From positions 4,034 to 68,033 of the IMG/VR virus record IMGVR_UViG_2791355228_000001: 64,000 nt of DNA, one strand, 5' to 3'. Origin of the DNA: a virus. Below, piece by piece: positions 19,623 through 28,732 of this stretch. The notes below the pieces were generated by a model, which saw nothing but the letters and a program-made list of their open reading frames with translations, had not been told where the DNA came from and ran no database searches. A program made the translations under genes and the position numbers. How positions within the stretch are numbered: position 1 is the stretch's first letter; each line of letters begins with the position of its first letter.

Positions 19623-20333
19623 TCATTTGCTGGCTGTCCCGTCATTTGAAAGCTGTTTTTGCACTTGTTGGACGCATTCCCGGATTTTCTTCTGCATGCT
19701 GTTCGGCGTATTTCTTGCATGGGTCAGCGCGTTCGAGTACTGCTCATGCCTCAAGGGTTTGTTCCCCTTTGGACTGAGTATGCTTCCGGCCTGTTCCAAC
19801 AAATTCTGCCAACGGGAAAGGATCAGCCCGTGCCGGCACAACTGGTCGAAAAGATAGGCGAGCATCCGGTTGTTACGCGATGTCAGCGGGACAGTCAGTT
19901 TGCCTTCCAAAAGAGAACGGAAAGTGGATGCGTCAATGGTTTCCACAAATACGCGAGCCTCATTGGCACAATCGGCAATGAGGCTCAGTTGGTCATCGTC
20001 AAGGCAGCAGCCTAACGACAATGAATGGTTTGGATGGGTGGCGGAAGGCATGGCCGCACCCGTTTCGCACCCCGGAGGAGGCGCTTCCGTCGTGTAATAC
20101 AAGTGCAACAAGTCCTTCGTGAGACCATCATCGGGCTTTCCCATTTCAGAGAACCGTACAAGGAGGTCTTTCCGTGCGAACAGGATGCCACGCAGGATGC
20201 CGAGATTCTTCCGGTGCTCGTTCAATCCCGCCGCATCCAGCCGGTCGATGTGGTGATGGCTGTTCAGAAAATCCATGGCGAACAGTTTGTACAGTTTTCC
20301 GCCAGCCACGACCTCGGCTTGGTACTTGGCCAC
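19623..20333 (-). CDS. Hypothetical ICE protein, possibly a regulator; true start may be 20439 via a frameshift
   Basis: 236 aa ORF with a GTG start between the integrases and excisionases; the frame is open upstream to a T4A7 tract. Confidence 0.6.
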   Translation of the reverse strand: MAKYQAEVVAGGKLYKLFAMDFLNSHHHIDRLDAAGLNEHRKNLGILRGILFARKDLLVRFSEMGKPDDGLTKDLLHLYYTTEAPPPGCETGAAMPSATHPNHSLSLGCCLDDDQLSLIADCANEARVFVETIDASTFRSLLEGKLTVPLTSRNNRMLAYLFDQLCRHGLILSRWQNLLEQAGSILSPKGNKPLRHEQYSNALTHARNTPNSMQKKIRECVQQVQKQLSNDGTASK

Positions 20334-20465
20334 GAGTTCCCTAAGAAGGGAATTCAGGCCACTTTGCGATGCACTACCGTTGGCACGGTCCGCCTGTCCT
20401 TTTTTTAAAAGCAGGCATCTTTTTACGCTTTCTAATCATACTGCTAAAATTTAGTGGATAAATTA

Positions 20466-21614
20466 TTACTGGACGAATGCGCTGTCCAACAAGGAAACCG
20501 CATCGTTCTTCTTGCTGTTGATGATTCTCGCGTAACGCTGTGTGTGTCGGATGGTCGTATGGCCAAGCAACTGGCTGGTCGTATAAATGTCAACCCCGGC
20601 ACTCAGGGCAAGGGTCGCGAAAGTGTGCCTGGCGACATGGAATGAAAATTTCTTGTCAATTCCGGCACCTTTCGCCCAATCGCTGAGCACGTGCTTGTAC
20701 CAAATGCTCAACGTGGGGAACACCGGGTCGTCAGGCGAGGCATCGCCTTGTTCCGGCAACCATTTTCTTGCGTTCATGTTCAATGGCAGATACAGTAACA
20801 CACCTGTTTTGTATTGGGTAATCTCCACCTGCCATTTCCCGTTGTTCCGGATGATGTTTTTCCAACAGAGCAACTTGATGTCCATGATACGCAAACCGCA
20901 GAAACATGAAAACAGAAAAGCCGCTTTCATGTCCGGTCTTCGGCACGGGGTCTTAATGAGACGCTTTATCTCATCCACGGTAAGATACTCACGTTTGGTC
21001 TCTTTCCCGGCCACCATACTGCGTTTTATCCCCTTGTATGGAGATTTCTGCAGCAGATTTTCCTTTACGGCATAATTGAGTGCCGCACGGATGTAGTCCA
21101 TGTGCATGAAGACAGTTTCTTTGGCAAGTTTCCCATGATCCCGCGTGTATGCCTTCCTGGTAAGCAGCCGTTCCATAAAGCCGAGCAAATACTCCCTGTC
21201 CACCTCGGCAAGTGTGACCTTGCCATTATATTCCTCCAATTCTGCTATGCTACGGTTTATCCAAGTCGAAGCAGACTTGGAACCGCCCCGCTTCATCACA
21301 TAGTCATGGTACACCTTCATCCAGTCGGTGAACAGCATCTTAGCCTTGTACGAACGGTCGGAAATTCCTGCCACTTTGTTGGTCAACTCCAAAATCTTTT
21401 CCGCCTTTATCGCATTCGCCGTGGCAAGCGTATTGGCATTTTGGATTTTGGAGGCATAATCGGTTTCGGGCACCAGATACAGTTTGAGGAACTGGTAACT
21501 TCTTCTTCCATCATGGTAGATGTCCAAGTATATGGAAGTGTTCCCGTTCTTCAACTTGTTGAATCGCAAACGGACAGGCTCTTTAGCCTTTACTTGTTTC
21601 TTCGGTCTTGCCAT
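20466..21614 (-). CDS. Tyrosine integrase (Arm-bind/SAM/catalytic), second of a tandem pair
   Basis: FCGLRIMD, FHVARHTFAT, LLGH...TQRY. Confidence 0.95.
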   Translation of the reverse strand: MARPKKQVKAKEPVRLRFNKLKNGNTSIYLDIYHDGRRSYQFLKLYLVPETDYASKIQNANTLATANAIKAEKILELTNKVAGISDRSYKAKMLFTDWMKVYHDYVMKRGGSKSASTWINRSIAELEEYNGKVTLAEVDREYLLGFMERLLTRKAYTRDHGKLAKETVFMHMDYIRAALNYAVKENLLQKSPYKGIKRSMVAGKETKREYLTVDEIKRLIKTPCRRPDMKAAFLFSCFCGLRIMDIKLLCWKNIIRNNGKWQVEITQYKTGVLLYLPLNMNARKWLPEQGDASPDDPVFPTLSIWYKHVLSDWAKGAGIDKKFSFHVARHTFATLALSAGVDIYTTSQLLGHTTIRHTQRYARIINSKKNDAVSLLDSAFVQ

Positions 21615-21639
21615 GGCTTTTCCTCCGGTCAGTTGTTTT

Positions 21640-22770
21640 TCATTCAAAAAGTTTGTCTATCATCAGCACGGCTGCCTCTTTTTTGGCATCGACAATTTTT
21701 GCGTACACCTGCGTGGTTTCCACATCCCTGTGCCCCAATAATTGGCTGGTAGTGTATAAATCTGCCCCCAATGTCAACTCCATGGTTGCGAACGTGTGCC
21801 TGCTCATGTGGTAGCAGAGATTTTTCTTTACGCCGGCAGCTTTAGCCCACCTCTTTAATACGACATCCAAGGTAGTGGTATGTGGAATGGAAAACACATG
21901 TTCTTCAGCATCGCCCCGTTGTTCCGGAAGGTAACCTTGCGCCTGGGTGCTGAGTGGCAGATAAAGCATGTTGCCCGTTTTCCGCTGGCGCACTTCAAGA
22001 TGAACCTTCCCTGTTTCCTCTATTACATTTTTCCACTGCAAAGAGCGCATGTCGCCAAGCCGCAGGCCGCAAAAGCAGGAGAACAGGAAAGGAACTTTCA
22101 CGTCTTCACGGCAAGGGGTGTCTATCAATAGCCGTACTTCATCTATGGTGAGGTATTCACGTTTCTTCTGTTCCCCCTGTATGGCATTCCGGTCAATGGC
22201 CAATCCGGGATTGACGGACAAGATGCCCTCGTCAACAGCAAGGTTCAGAGCCGAGACGATATAACCTACATAAGTCTTAATGGTCTTCTTGGCGAAAGGT
22301 TTCTTGGTACGTTTTGTTTTGGCGACCTTTGTCATGTATTCCACGAAACCGTCCAAGAACTCCTTGTCCACATCGCACAACCGTGCTTTCGGGTCATATT
22401 TCTGGAGTTGGACCACTGTGGAATGAACACTTGGCTCCAATCCGCGTTTTCCATTTTGCTTTCTTTGCTCCATATATATTTCCATCCAGTCTATTAAACG
22501 CATCTTGCCTTTCTCGGACAAAACAAGCGGTGGCTTTTTGTTCGTGATGTCGATGATGCGTTGTGACTTGATAGCATTGGCCGCTTTGAGCGTATGCTCA
22601 TTCTGCGCCCTTGCCTCGGCGGAAGTTTCTGGTATAAGGTACAGTTTCAAGAACTCATACCGTCTTTTCCTCTCATAATATATATCGAGGTAGATGGACT
22701 TGTTCCCATTCTCCAATTCCTTGAAACGAATTCGGACGGGTACAGACTCTGATTTCTTTGTACGTGCCAT
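21640..22770 (-). CDS. Tyrosine integrase, first of a tandem pair
   Basis: FCGLRLGD, YHMSRHTFAT, LLGH...TQVY. Confidence 0.95.
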   Translation of the reverse strand: MARTKKSESVPVRIRFKELENGNKSIYLDIYYERKRRYEFLKLYLIPETSAEARAQNEHTLKAANAIKSQRIIDITNKKPPLVLSEKGKMRLIDWMEIYMEQRKQNGKRGLEPSVHSTVVQLQKYDPKARLCDVDKEFLDGFVEYMTKVAKTKRTKKPFAKKTIKTYVGYIVSALNLAVDEGILSVNPGLAIDRNAIQGEQKKREYLTIDEVRLLIDTPCREDVKVPFLFSCFCGLRLGDMRSLQWKNVIEETGKVHLEVRQRKTGNMLYLPLSTQAQGYLPEQRGDAEEHVFSIPHTTTLDVVLKRWAKAAGVKKNLCYHMSRHTFATMELTLGADLYTTSQLLGHRDVETTQVYAKIVDAKKEAAVLMIDKLFE

Positions 22771-22995
22771 GACTTCCTCCTTGGTTATTTGTTACTGCTT
22801 GTGCAAAGATAGAAAAACCCATCCAAAACACCAAGAAACAACTAACAAAAAAGTAACATAAAAAGTCAAAACACCTATCAACAAACAAAAGATAAGCAGA
22901 ATATCCATTTCGCTGATTGTTTCATAAACTATTGATATTCATTGTTATCTATAATTTTAATTGCATCTATTTCCACAAATATATCTGCATTGTAC

Positions 22996-23232
22996 AAAGC
23001 CCGGCACTCATGGGCTACAATAGCCAACAATGAGGCAGGAGTTGATAAGTACACCGTTCACACTTCGCTTAACCATGTGGACGAAACAATGAGGGTGACG
23101 GACATCTATATAAAGAAGTCATGGGACTTCATAGACAAAGCTAATCGCAAGGTGCTTGATACCGTCAAACTAAATATCGGATCAGTAGATGAACCAGTAT
23201 ATTTGCCTAAGCAAAAAAAGAATTTTGTCTAA
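22996..23232 (+). pseudogene. C-terminal fragment of a tyrosine integrase (probably the prophage's), interrupted at the catalytic RH motif
   Basis: ARHSWATIA...SLNHVD..MRVTDIYIKK..IDKANRKVLD is an integrase C-terminus; the sequence upstream is AT-rich ICE terminus with no integrase N-terminus. Confidence 0.8.
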
Positions 23233-23670
23233 GCAAATTTCAGAAAGTATTTGATAACCAATAGACAAACTTTTGCGTTTTGCCTAAGCAAATTTATCAT
23301 TTGCCTAAGCAAGCGCAATTTTTGGAAAAAATCGGCATTTTTTGAGTGCCAAAAAGTACGGTTTTGCCTAAGCAAAAGTTTATAACTATCTGTAAATCAA
23401 TGTTCGGAAAATCATGTTTTGCCTAAGCAAAATTGTTTCTGGATATTTTTGCCTAAGCAAAACAACACTTTTGTTGATTATCAATACTTTGCACACTTTT
23501 GCCTAAGCAAAACCATTTTGCCTAAGCAAAATTATAGAATACGCTGGAAATCAGTTGTTTAATTCTGTCAATTTGCCTAAGCAAATTTTGTCCGATTTTA
23601 TTTTGCCTAAGCAAATGTTTGTAAGTATCTAATATACAGAAACATAATTTTAGCGTTTTGCCTAAGCAAA
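23202..23670. repeat. Array of 12 near-palindromic TTTGCCTAAGCAAA repeats
   Basis: Starts at 23202, 23224 (variant), 23279, 23300 (variant), 23363, 23418, 23448, 23498, 23517, 23572, 23602 and 23657. Confidence 0.95.
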
Positions 23671-23763
23671 AGTTATATGGGGGTATATATACTATATTAT
23701 ATAATAAAGATCTATAAGTAAGAATAGATAGTATATGAAATAGGGGGTATGGGGGAAAGAACA

Positions 23764-23798
23764 AAAAAGCGTGAGGCAATTACCCCACGCTCTTTTTA
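23764..23798. terminator. Intrinsic terminator, possibly bidirectional
   Basis: A-tract, AGCGTG..CACGCT hairpin, T-tract at the end of the repressor operon. Confidence 0.6.
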
Positions 23799-24050
23799 AT
23801 CTTCAAACATCTTACCGAATCCAGTAAGCAACCATTTGGCATTTACTCCGTATTCCCTTACCATAGGTTGAAGCCACGACAACTGAAACCATCCACGATC
23901 AAGATCCTTTCGTTGCGCAATGAAATTCCGTCTATCTATGTTATTAAGTCGGCAATATGTGTTCACGCCACGGATCTTCTTCATGGCTATTATTGCATCC
24001 AGTGCAGTATAAAACCGCTCCATTATTTGTTTGCTCACTGGTGTATTCAT
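23796..24050 (-). CDS. Small HTH-like protein
   Basis: 84 aa ending YGVNAKWLLTGFGKMF, as in XRE-family proteins. Confidence 0.65.
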   Translation of the reverse strand: MNTPVSKQIMERFYTALDAIIAMKKIRGVNTYCRLNNIDRRNFIAQRKDLDRGWFQLSWLQPMVREYGVNAKWLLTGFGKMFED

Positions 24051-24376
24051 TCTTTAGATATAAAAATTGCTCTATTGAAATCTTCGCTAAATACCCAAAC
24101 TTCTGTTAGAGTATCTATGCTTTCGCAACCTATGCTAAAAGTATGTTTTACCACATTTACCTTTCCTTGATAGTCTGTTTGTGGTATATCCATTTCGTGT
24201 ACAGGCATATAGTGGCTATCGTCAATGCTATCCAGTACCGGGGATGATATTTCAATACAATTATAGCACTCATTCGGATAAGCATTCTTTGTGCTTTCTG
24301 TGATTGTTTTTTCGTATGGCTTTTGGCAAGAAAATACAATCATGGCTAATAATAGTAGGGCAAAAGCATTCCTCAT
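24047..24376 (-). CDS. Small lipoprotein in the lysogeny operon
   Basis: Signal LLLLAMIVFS-C; 4-bp overlaps on both sides. Confidence 0.6.
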   Translation of the reverse strand: MRNAFALLLLAMIVFSCQKPYEKTITESTKNAYPNECYNCIEISSPVLDSIDDSHYMPVHEMDIPQTDYQGKVNVVKHTFSIGCESIDTLTEVWVFSEDFNRAIFISKE

Positions 24377-24582
24377 AGAATCTGGTATTTCAAGTAATCA
24401 ATATCGGCTTTCAGATGCTCCAGAAACTCCGTGACAGTATTTTCTATCCTTGCCTTGATTATCGCATTACTAACGGCTTCTTGCGCTTCCAGAATTGCAT
24501 CTACATTAACCGTGTTCCCATTCACATAATCGGTGAAGCTCTGTTTGTACAGGTCTATCACCATTCTACTAAGATTTTCCAT
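24373..24582 (-). CDS. Hypothetical protein
   Basis: 69 aa ORF directly after cI. Confidence 0.55.
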   Translation of the reverse strand: MENLSRMVIDLYKQSFTDYVNGNTVNVDAILEAQEAVSNAIIKARIENTVTEFLEHLKADIDYLKYQIL

Positions 24583-24590
24583 ATCAATAA

Positions 24591-25274
24591 CTATTTAACA
24601 GACATACAAAGCAAAACCTTGTACACTCCGTAAATATCTTCCAAAGCGACCTCAAAAGGTGCAAAGATAGGATCTGTATTGATAGATACGCACTTTACAT
24701 ATCCCTCTTTGTCTGACGGCACGAGTATTTTTATCACTGTACCGTTACAGGTGTCAAGTACATATACTTTTCCCCATTCAATAAATGCCCTTTCATTTAT
24801 CTTCTTGATGAAGATCCGGCTACCGTTTGGGTATTCTGGCGACATACTATCACCTGAAACAGTCATAGCGAAATCCACGCCACGGATGGGTGAAACAACC
24901 TTTTCACAGTCGCTTTCCTTGACCGACACAACAAAGTCATTCAGGCTACCACCTTGTGCTGATACAGGTAGTAGCAACACCCATTTTGCAGTATCTTCTG
25001 ATTCTGTTGTCTGGCTATGCTCTTCTTTCGGAGTGTTTAGAGTAACCTCACTATCTCCGTTCTCGCCATTCAGCATTGATCCGTGTCCGCTTCTTAACCA
25101 GTCTATGTTTAATTCAGGGTAAGCCTTTGCTATCTTTTCAAGAGACTTTGCATTGATATTAAACCCAACCTTGTTTACGAATCCACGACCCAATCCTGCT
25201 GTATTCTCAAACTTTAATTGTCCGTACCCTTTGTATTCAAGGAACTTTGTAAGTCTATCTTTAATTTCGCTCAT
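24591..25274 (-). CDS. CI-like repressor (HTH + S24 peptidase)
   Basis: LNIDWLRSGHG HTH; VSGDSMSPEY and VIK catalytic Ser/Lys; divergent from cro. Confidence 0.92.
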   Translation of the reverse strand: MSEIKDRLTKFLEYKGYGQLKFENTAGLGRGFVNKVGFNINAKSLEKIAKAYPELNIDWLRSGHGSMLNGENGDSEVTLNTPKEEHSQTTESEDTAKWVLLLPVSAQGGSLNDFVVSVKESDCEKVVSPIRGVDFAMTVSGDSMSPEYPNGSRIFIKKINERAFIEWGKVYVLDTCNGTVIKILVPSDKEGYVKCVSINTDPIFAPFEVALEDIYGVYKVLLCMSVK

Positions 25275-25486
25275 ACTGATTTCTTTTCAGAGTTAAATTA
25301 ATTATGTAATACACTGAATTTCAGACCATCCAAATCAATTCGGGAAAATATGTGATTTTTTATCCGTAAAATGTTTTGTTGTCTGAAAAATCCTCCGTAT
25401 ATTTGCGGTGTGAATTACTACTTCACGGCACAAATATAACGAATTTGTGTTTGTGGAACACTATGTACTATAACAAAATTACAGAA

Positions 25487-25702
25487 ATGGAGAAAACAAA
25501 ATTCAGGCAGTATTATGATGCACTACCCCCGAAAACGGAGGTAGCACCAAAAACAGCTTTCGTGCGAAGAATAGCGGAGCTGTGTATGGTATCGGAAAAA
25601 ACGGTGCGTTGTTGGCTGGCTGGCGCACAGAAGCCCAATGCACTATGTGTATCTATTATCGCTAAGGAAATCGGAATACCTGAAAGCGAACTATTCGACT
25701 AA
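25487..25702 (+). CDS. Cro-like HTH protein
   Basis: IAELCMVSEKTVRCWLAG; divergent from cI; TATATTTG -7 element near 25398. Confidence 0.8.
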   Translation: MEKTKFRQYYDALPPKTEVAPKTAFVRRIAELCMVSEKTVRCWLAGAQKPNALCVSIIAKEIGIPESELFD

Positions 25703-25725
25703 CAATCAAAAATGCAACACTGATT

Positions 25726-25935
25726 ATGAAGTTTGAAACATTAATCAATTTGGCAGGATCGGTAATCTTCGGACTGCTTGGAATCACAGCCCTAATCGGG
25801 GCGATCTTCTTTGGCGCATGGTGGCATTTCGTCACATTCGGTATGTGCGCTCTTATGGCTTATGTGCTATACACAGATGATGAGTACGGCACTGAAAGCG
25901 TGGCTACATTCTTCAAACGGAAAAATAGCAAGTGA
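25726..25935 (+). CDS. Small membrane protein
   Basis: 69 aa, two TM segments. Confidence 0.6.
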   Translation: MKFETLINLAGSVIFGLLGITALIGAIFFGAWWHFVTFGMCALMAYVLYTDDEYGTESVATFFKRKNSK

Positions 25936-26474
25936 TGAAATCATCTGATGAGATATGGAAAGATGTACCCGGTTATGAGGGAAAATATCAAGTTTCCTCT
26001 TGTGGTAGAGTTAAGGGCATAGATTATTATGTCCGTGAAAAATCTGGAAAGGAGCGTTTGCACACTGGCAGAATGCTAAAGACTTTTATAGTGAATGGCG
26101 GTTATCATTGCTTGAAACTGCAAGTACAGAACAAGCGAAAATCTTTTTTAGTTCATAGGCTTGTCGCTATGGCATTTATACCAAATCCTAATGGGTACGA
26201 CACTGTAAATCATAAGGATGAAAACAAAAACAATAATAGCGTTGAGAATTTGGAATGGTTGCCTTTGTATCAAAATAACCGTTATGGAAACCATGACGCT
26301 AAAATGCGTTTGAAGCTATCAAAGCCAGTTAAGCAATATACGCAAGATGGTGTATTAATAAGAGAATATGAATCTGTAGCATCCGTAAAGAATTATGGGT
26401 TTAATCCTGCTGGAGTTAGTAAAGTAGCCAAAGGAGATTTGAAAACCCATAAAGGATATATCTGGAAATACTAA
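25932..26474 (+). CDS. NUMOD4-HNH-NUMOD1 homing endonuclease
   Basis: EIWKDVPGYEGKYQVSSCGRV; VHRLVA...VNHKDENKNNNSVENLEW; KPVKQY...THKGYIWKY. Confidence 0.92.
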   Translation: MMKSSDEIWKDVPGYEGKYQVSSCGRVKGIDYYVREKSGKERLHTGRMLKTFIVNGGYHCLKLQVQNKRKSFLVHRLVAMAFIPNPNGYDTVNHKDENKNNNSVENLEWLPLYQNNRYGNHDAKMRLKLSKPVKQYTQDGVLIREYESVASVKNYGFNPAGVSKVAKGDLKTHKGYIWKY

Positions 26475-26480
26475 GTAGCC

Positions 26481-26762
26481 ATGATACAATTAGAACTTTG
26501 GGAACTGAAAAATATCTGTATGGAAATGGCAAGTTTGGGAGCGGCTAATTATGTCAAAATGACCAAACCTGCTGATGATCTCATTTCACAGCGTGAGGCA
26601 TACAGGGAGTTTCAGGAGTGCCGGGTAAAGAAGTGGGTACAAAAAGGTACAGTATCTACTACTCGTGGCGGTGCTTCCATACGCTCCAAAGTTCTTTATT
26701 CCAGAGCAGAGTTACTGGCTGCTGATAAATCTGAAAAACTTAACACTTTAATAAACAAGTAG
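26481..26762 (+). CDS. Small DNA-binding/excisionase-like protein
   Basis: 93 aa, ISQREAYREF...SKVLYSRAEL. Confidence 0.5.
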   Translation: MIQLELWELKNICMEMASLGAANYVKMTKPADDLISQREAYREFQECRVKKWVQKGTVSTTRGGASIRSKVLYSRAELLAADKSEKLNTLINK

Positions 26763-26763
26763 T

Positions 26764-28728
26764 ATGAGAACAATTAAACTGAAAAGTTTGTCCCTATTCA
26801 ACTTTAAGGGAATCCGTAACCTTACACTGGATTTCACCAATGCGGAAACGTGGATCTACGGTGAGAACGGTACAGGTAAGACTACGGTATGCGATGCCTT
26901 TTCGTGGCTTCTCTTCGGAAAGGACAGTAAAGGAAAGTCAGACAGCAATTTCAACATTAAAACGCTGGATGAGAACGGAAAGCCTATTTTGAAGCTGGAG
27001 CACTATGTTATCGGTGTGCTTTCAGTGGATGGAAAGGATGTGAAGTTGCAACGCTGCTATGTGGAGAAATGGGTAAAGCCACGTGGAACTACGGAAGAAA
27101 CTCTGAAAAACCACCAGACAGAGTTTTATGTGAATGATGTGAAGATGGCTACAAAACAAGAGTATGATAGTACGGTGGCTTCCATATTGCCGGAAGATGT
27201 ATCACGTATGATCACCAATCCGTTCTATTTCACCTCTCTTAATCCAGATGTGCAGAAAAGTATGCTGCTTGATATGGCAGGTGATGTGACTGATCAAGAT
27301 GTGGCAGGATTGAAGCCGGAGTATGTGGAACTGCTTGCACAACTATCTGGAAAACCGTTGGCTCAATTCGCAAGAGAAATAGCCGCAAAGAAAAAGGCTA
27401 TCAAGGATGAGCTACTGGTTATACCGTCTAACATTGAAACTGCAAACCGATTGAAGCCAGAAGAAGAGGATTGGGTTGCTCTGGATGATGAACTGACAGA
27501 GAAGAAAGAACGTAAAGCCGAACTGGAAGCTACTTTGTCGGACAAATCCAAACTTGTAGAAAAAGAGTATGAGCGGAAAAACAATATCCAAAAGGCTATT
27601 GGGGAAAAGCGTCTTTCTCTTACCAATAGAGAGAATAAGTTGAGAGCGGAAGCCGACAATGGGCGCAATGAAGTTTCTTTGAAGATCCGTGATTTGGAAT
27701 ATAACCTAAAGTTACAGGAGGGAAATTTGGAGCGGAAACGCAACGAAATATCCTCTTATGATGAAAAAATCCAGAGAATGAACACGGATCTTGATACATT
27801 GCGTGGTCAGTACAGAAAGATAAGCCAAGAGCAACTTACATACCCTGATGGGGCTTTTGTATGCCCTACTTGCCATAGGCAGCTTGAAGCGGATGATATT
27901 GCCGCCAAACAGCACGAAATGGAGGCAAATTTCAACCAAAACAAATCTGCAAGGTTACAGGCTAATTCAGCGAAAGGTAAAGGGATAAAAGCAACTCTGG
28001 AAGAAACGCAAACCAAGCGTGAAAATGCTTTAGCTAATGTTGCTGAATTGGAGGCATACATTGAGCAAATCAAGTCAGAGATAAATAAGCAAAAGGAAAA
28101 TATGCCGGAAAGCGTGGATGTTAGCAAGTTGATAGAATCCGATGCCGATTGCATTGCCATTCGTAATGAGATTGCGGAATTGGAAAACCAACTTTCAATG
28201 GAAGCAAAGCCAGTAGATACTACAGACCTCAAAGACGGTATTAAGGTGCTTGATAGTGCCATTTCAGAACTGGTTAAAAGGCTGGCAAAGCGTGAAGCCA
28301 TTGAACGTGCCGAAAAGGAAATAGCCACACTTGAAGAAAGGCGTATTGCAAATAATCAAGCACTTGCCGATCTGGAGAAAACGGAGTTTGTGATGATTGA
28401 CTTCCAAAAAGCTAAAGATAACGAATTGATGAAGCGCATTAATGGAATGTTCCAGATTGTATCTTTTTCATTCGTGAACGAGCAACTTAATGGAGGTGAG
28501 AAACTGACTTGCGTATGCACCATAGATGGAGTTCCTTATCCAGATCTGAATGATGCTAAGAAACTGAATGCCGGACTGGATATTATCAATGCAATGTGCA
28601 AGGTGAAAGGTATATCCGCACCTATCTTCATTGATAACAGGGAGCGTGTGAATGAGATCATACCTACCATTTCACAGATTATAAATCTGGTTGTTAGCCA
28701 TGATAAAGAATTAACCATTAAACAATAA
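26764..28728 (+). CDS. SbcC/Rad50-like coiled-coil ATPase
   Basis: GENGTGKTT, central CPTC zinc hook, PIFIDNRE. Confidence 0.85.
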   Translation: MRTIKLKSLSLFNFKGIRNLTLDFTNAETWIYGENGTGKTTVCDAFSWLLFGKDSKGKSDSNFNIKTLDENGKPILKLEHYVIGVLSVDGKDVKLQRCYVEKWVKPRGTTEETLKNHQTEFYVNDVKMATKQEYDSTVASILPEDVSRMITNPFYFTSLNPDVQKSMLLDMAGDVTDQDVAGLKPEYVELLAQLSGKPLAQFAREIAAKKKAIKDELLVIPSNIETANRLKPEEEDWVALDDELTEKKERKAELEATLSDKSKLVEKEYERKNNIQKAIGEKRLSLTNRENKLRAEADNGRNEVSLKIRDLEYNLKLQEGNLERKRNEISSYDEKIQRMNTDLDTLRGQYRKISQEQLTYPDGAFVCPTCHRQLEADDIAAKQHEMEANFNQNKSARLQANSAKGKGIKATLEETQTKRENALANVAELEAYIEQIKSEINKQKENMPESVDVSKLIESDADCIAIRNEIAELENQLSMEAKPVDTTDLKDGIKVLDSAISELVKRLAKREAIERAEKEIATLEERRIANNQALADLEKTEFVMIDFQKAKDNELMKRINGMFQIVSFSFVNEQLNGGEKLTCVCTIDGVPYPDLNDAKKLNAGLDIINAMCKVKGISAPIFIDNRERVNEIIPTISQIINLVVSHDKELTIKQ

Positions 28729-28732
28729 AGTA

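Larger units (their letters stand above)
1..22995 (-). mobile_element. Bacteroidales conjugative transposon/ICE, right part (continues left of the window)
   Basis: Tandem tyrosine integrases at the end, excisionases, primase/helicase and traE/F/G/J/K homologs, nearly all co-oriented. The right boundary is inferred from where the downstream integrase fragment begins. Confidence 0.9.

Noticed and set aside
22942..22995. ORF-track N-terminus (MLSIILIAS...) making a complete 96 aa gene
   Set aside because: In-frame run-through from ICE-terminal DNA; integrase similarity begins only at ARHS.
23202..23670. CRISPR array interpretation of the TTTGCCTAAGCAAA repeats
   Set aside because: The repeat is only 14 bp, gaps range from 5 to 49 bp, several gaps share a motif, and no cas genes are present.
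23676..23756. G-quadruplex from the GGGGG runs
   Set aside because: Only three runs, with one far from the other two; insufficient support.
25932..26474. Group I intron around the HNH endonuclease
   Set aside because: The ORF abuts intact neighbouring genes with no room for intron core structure; treated as free-standing.
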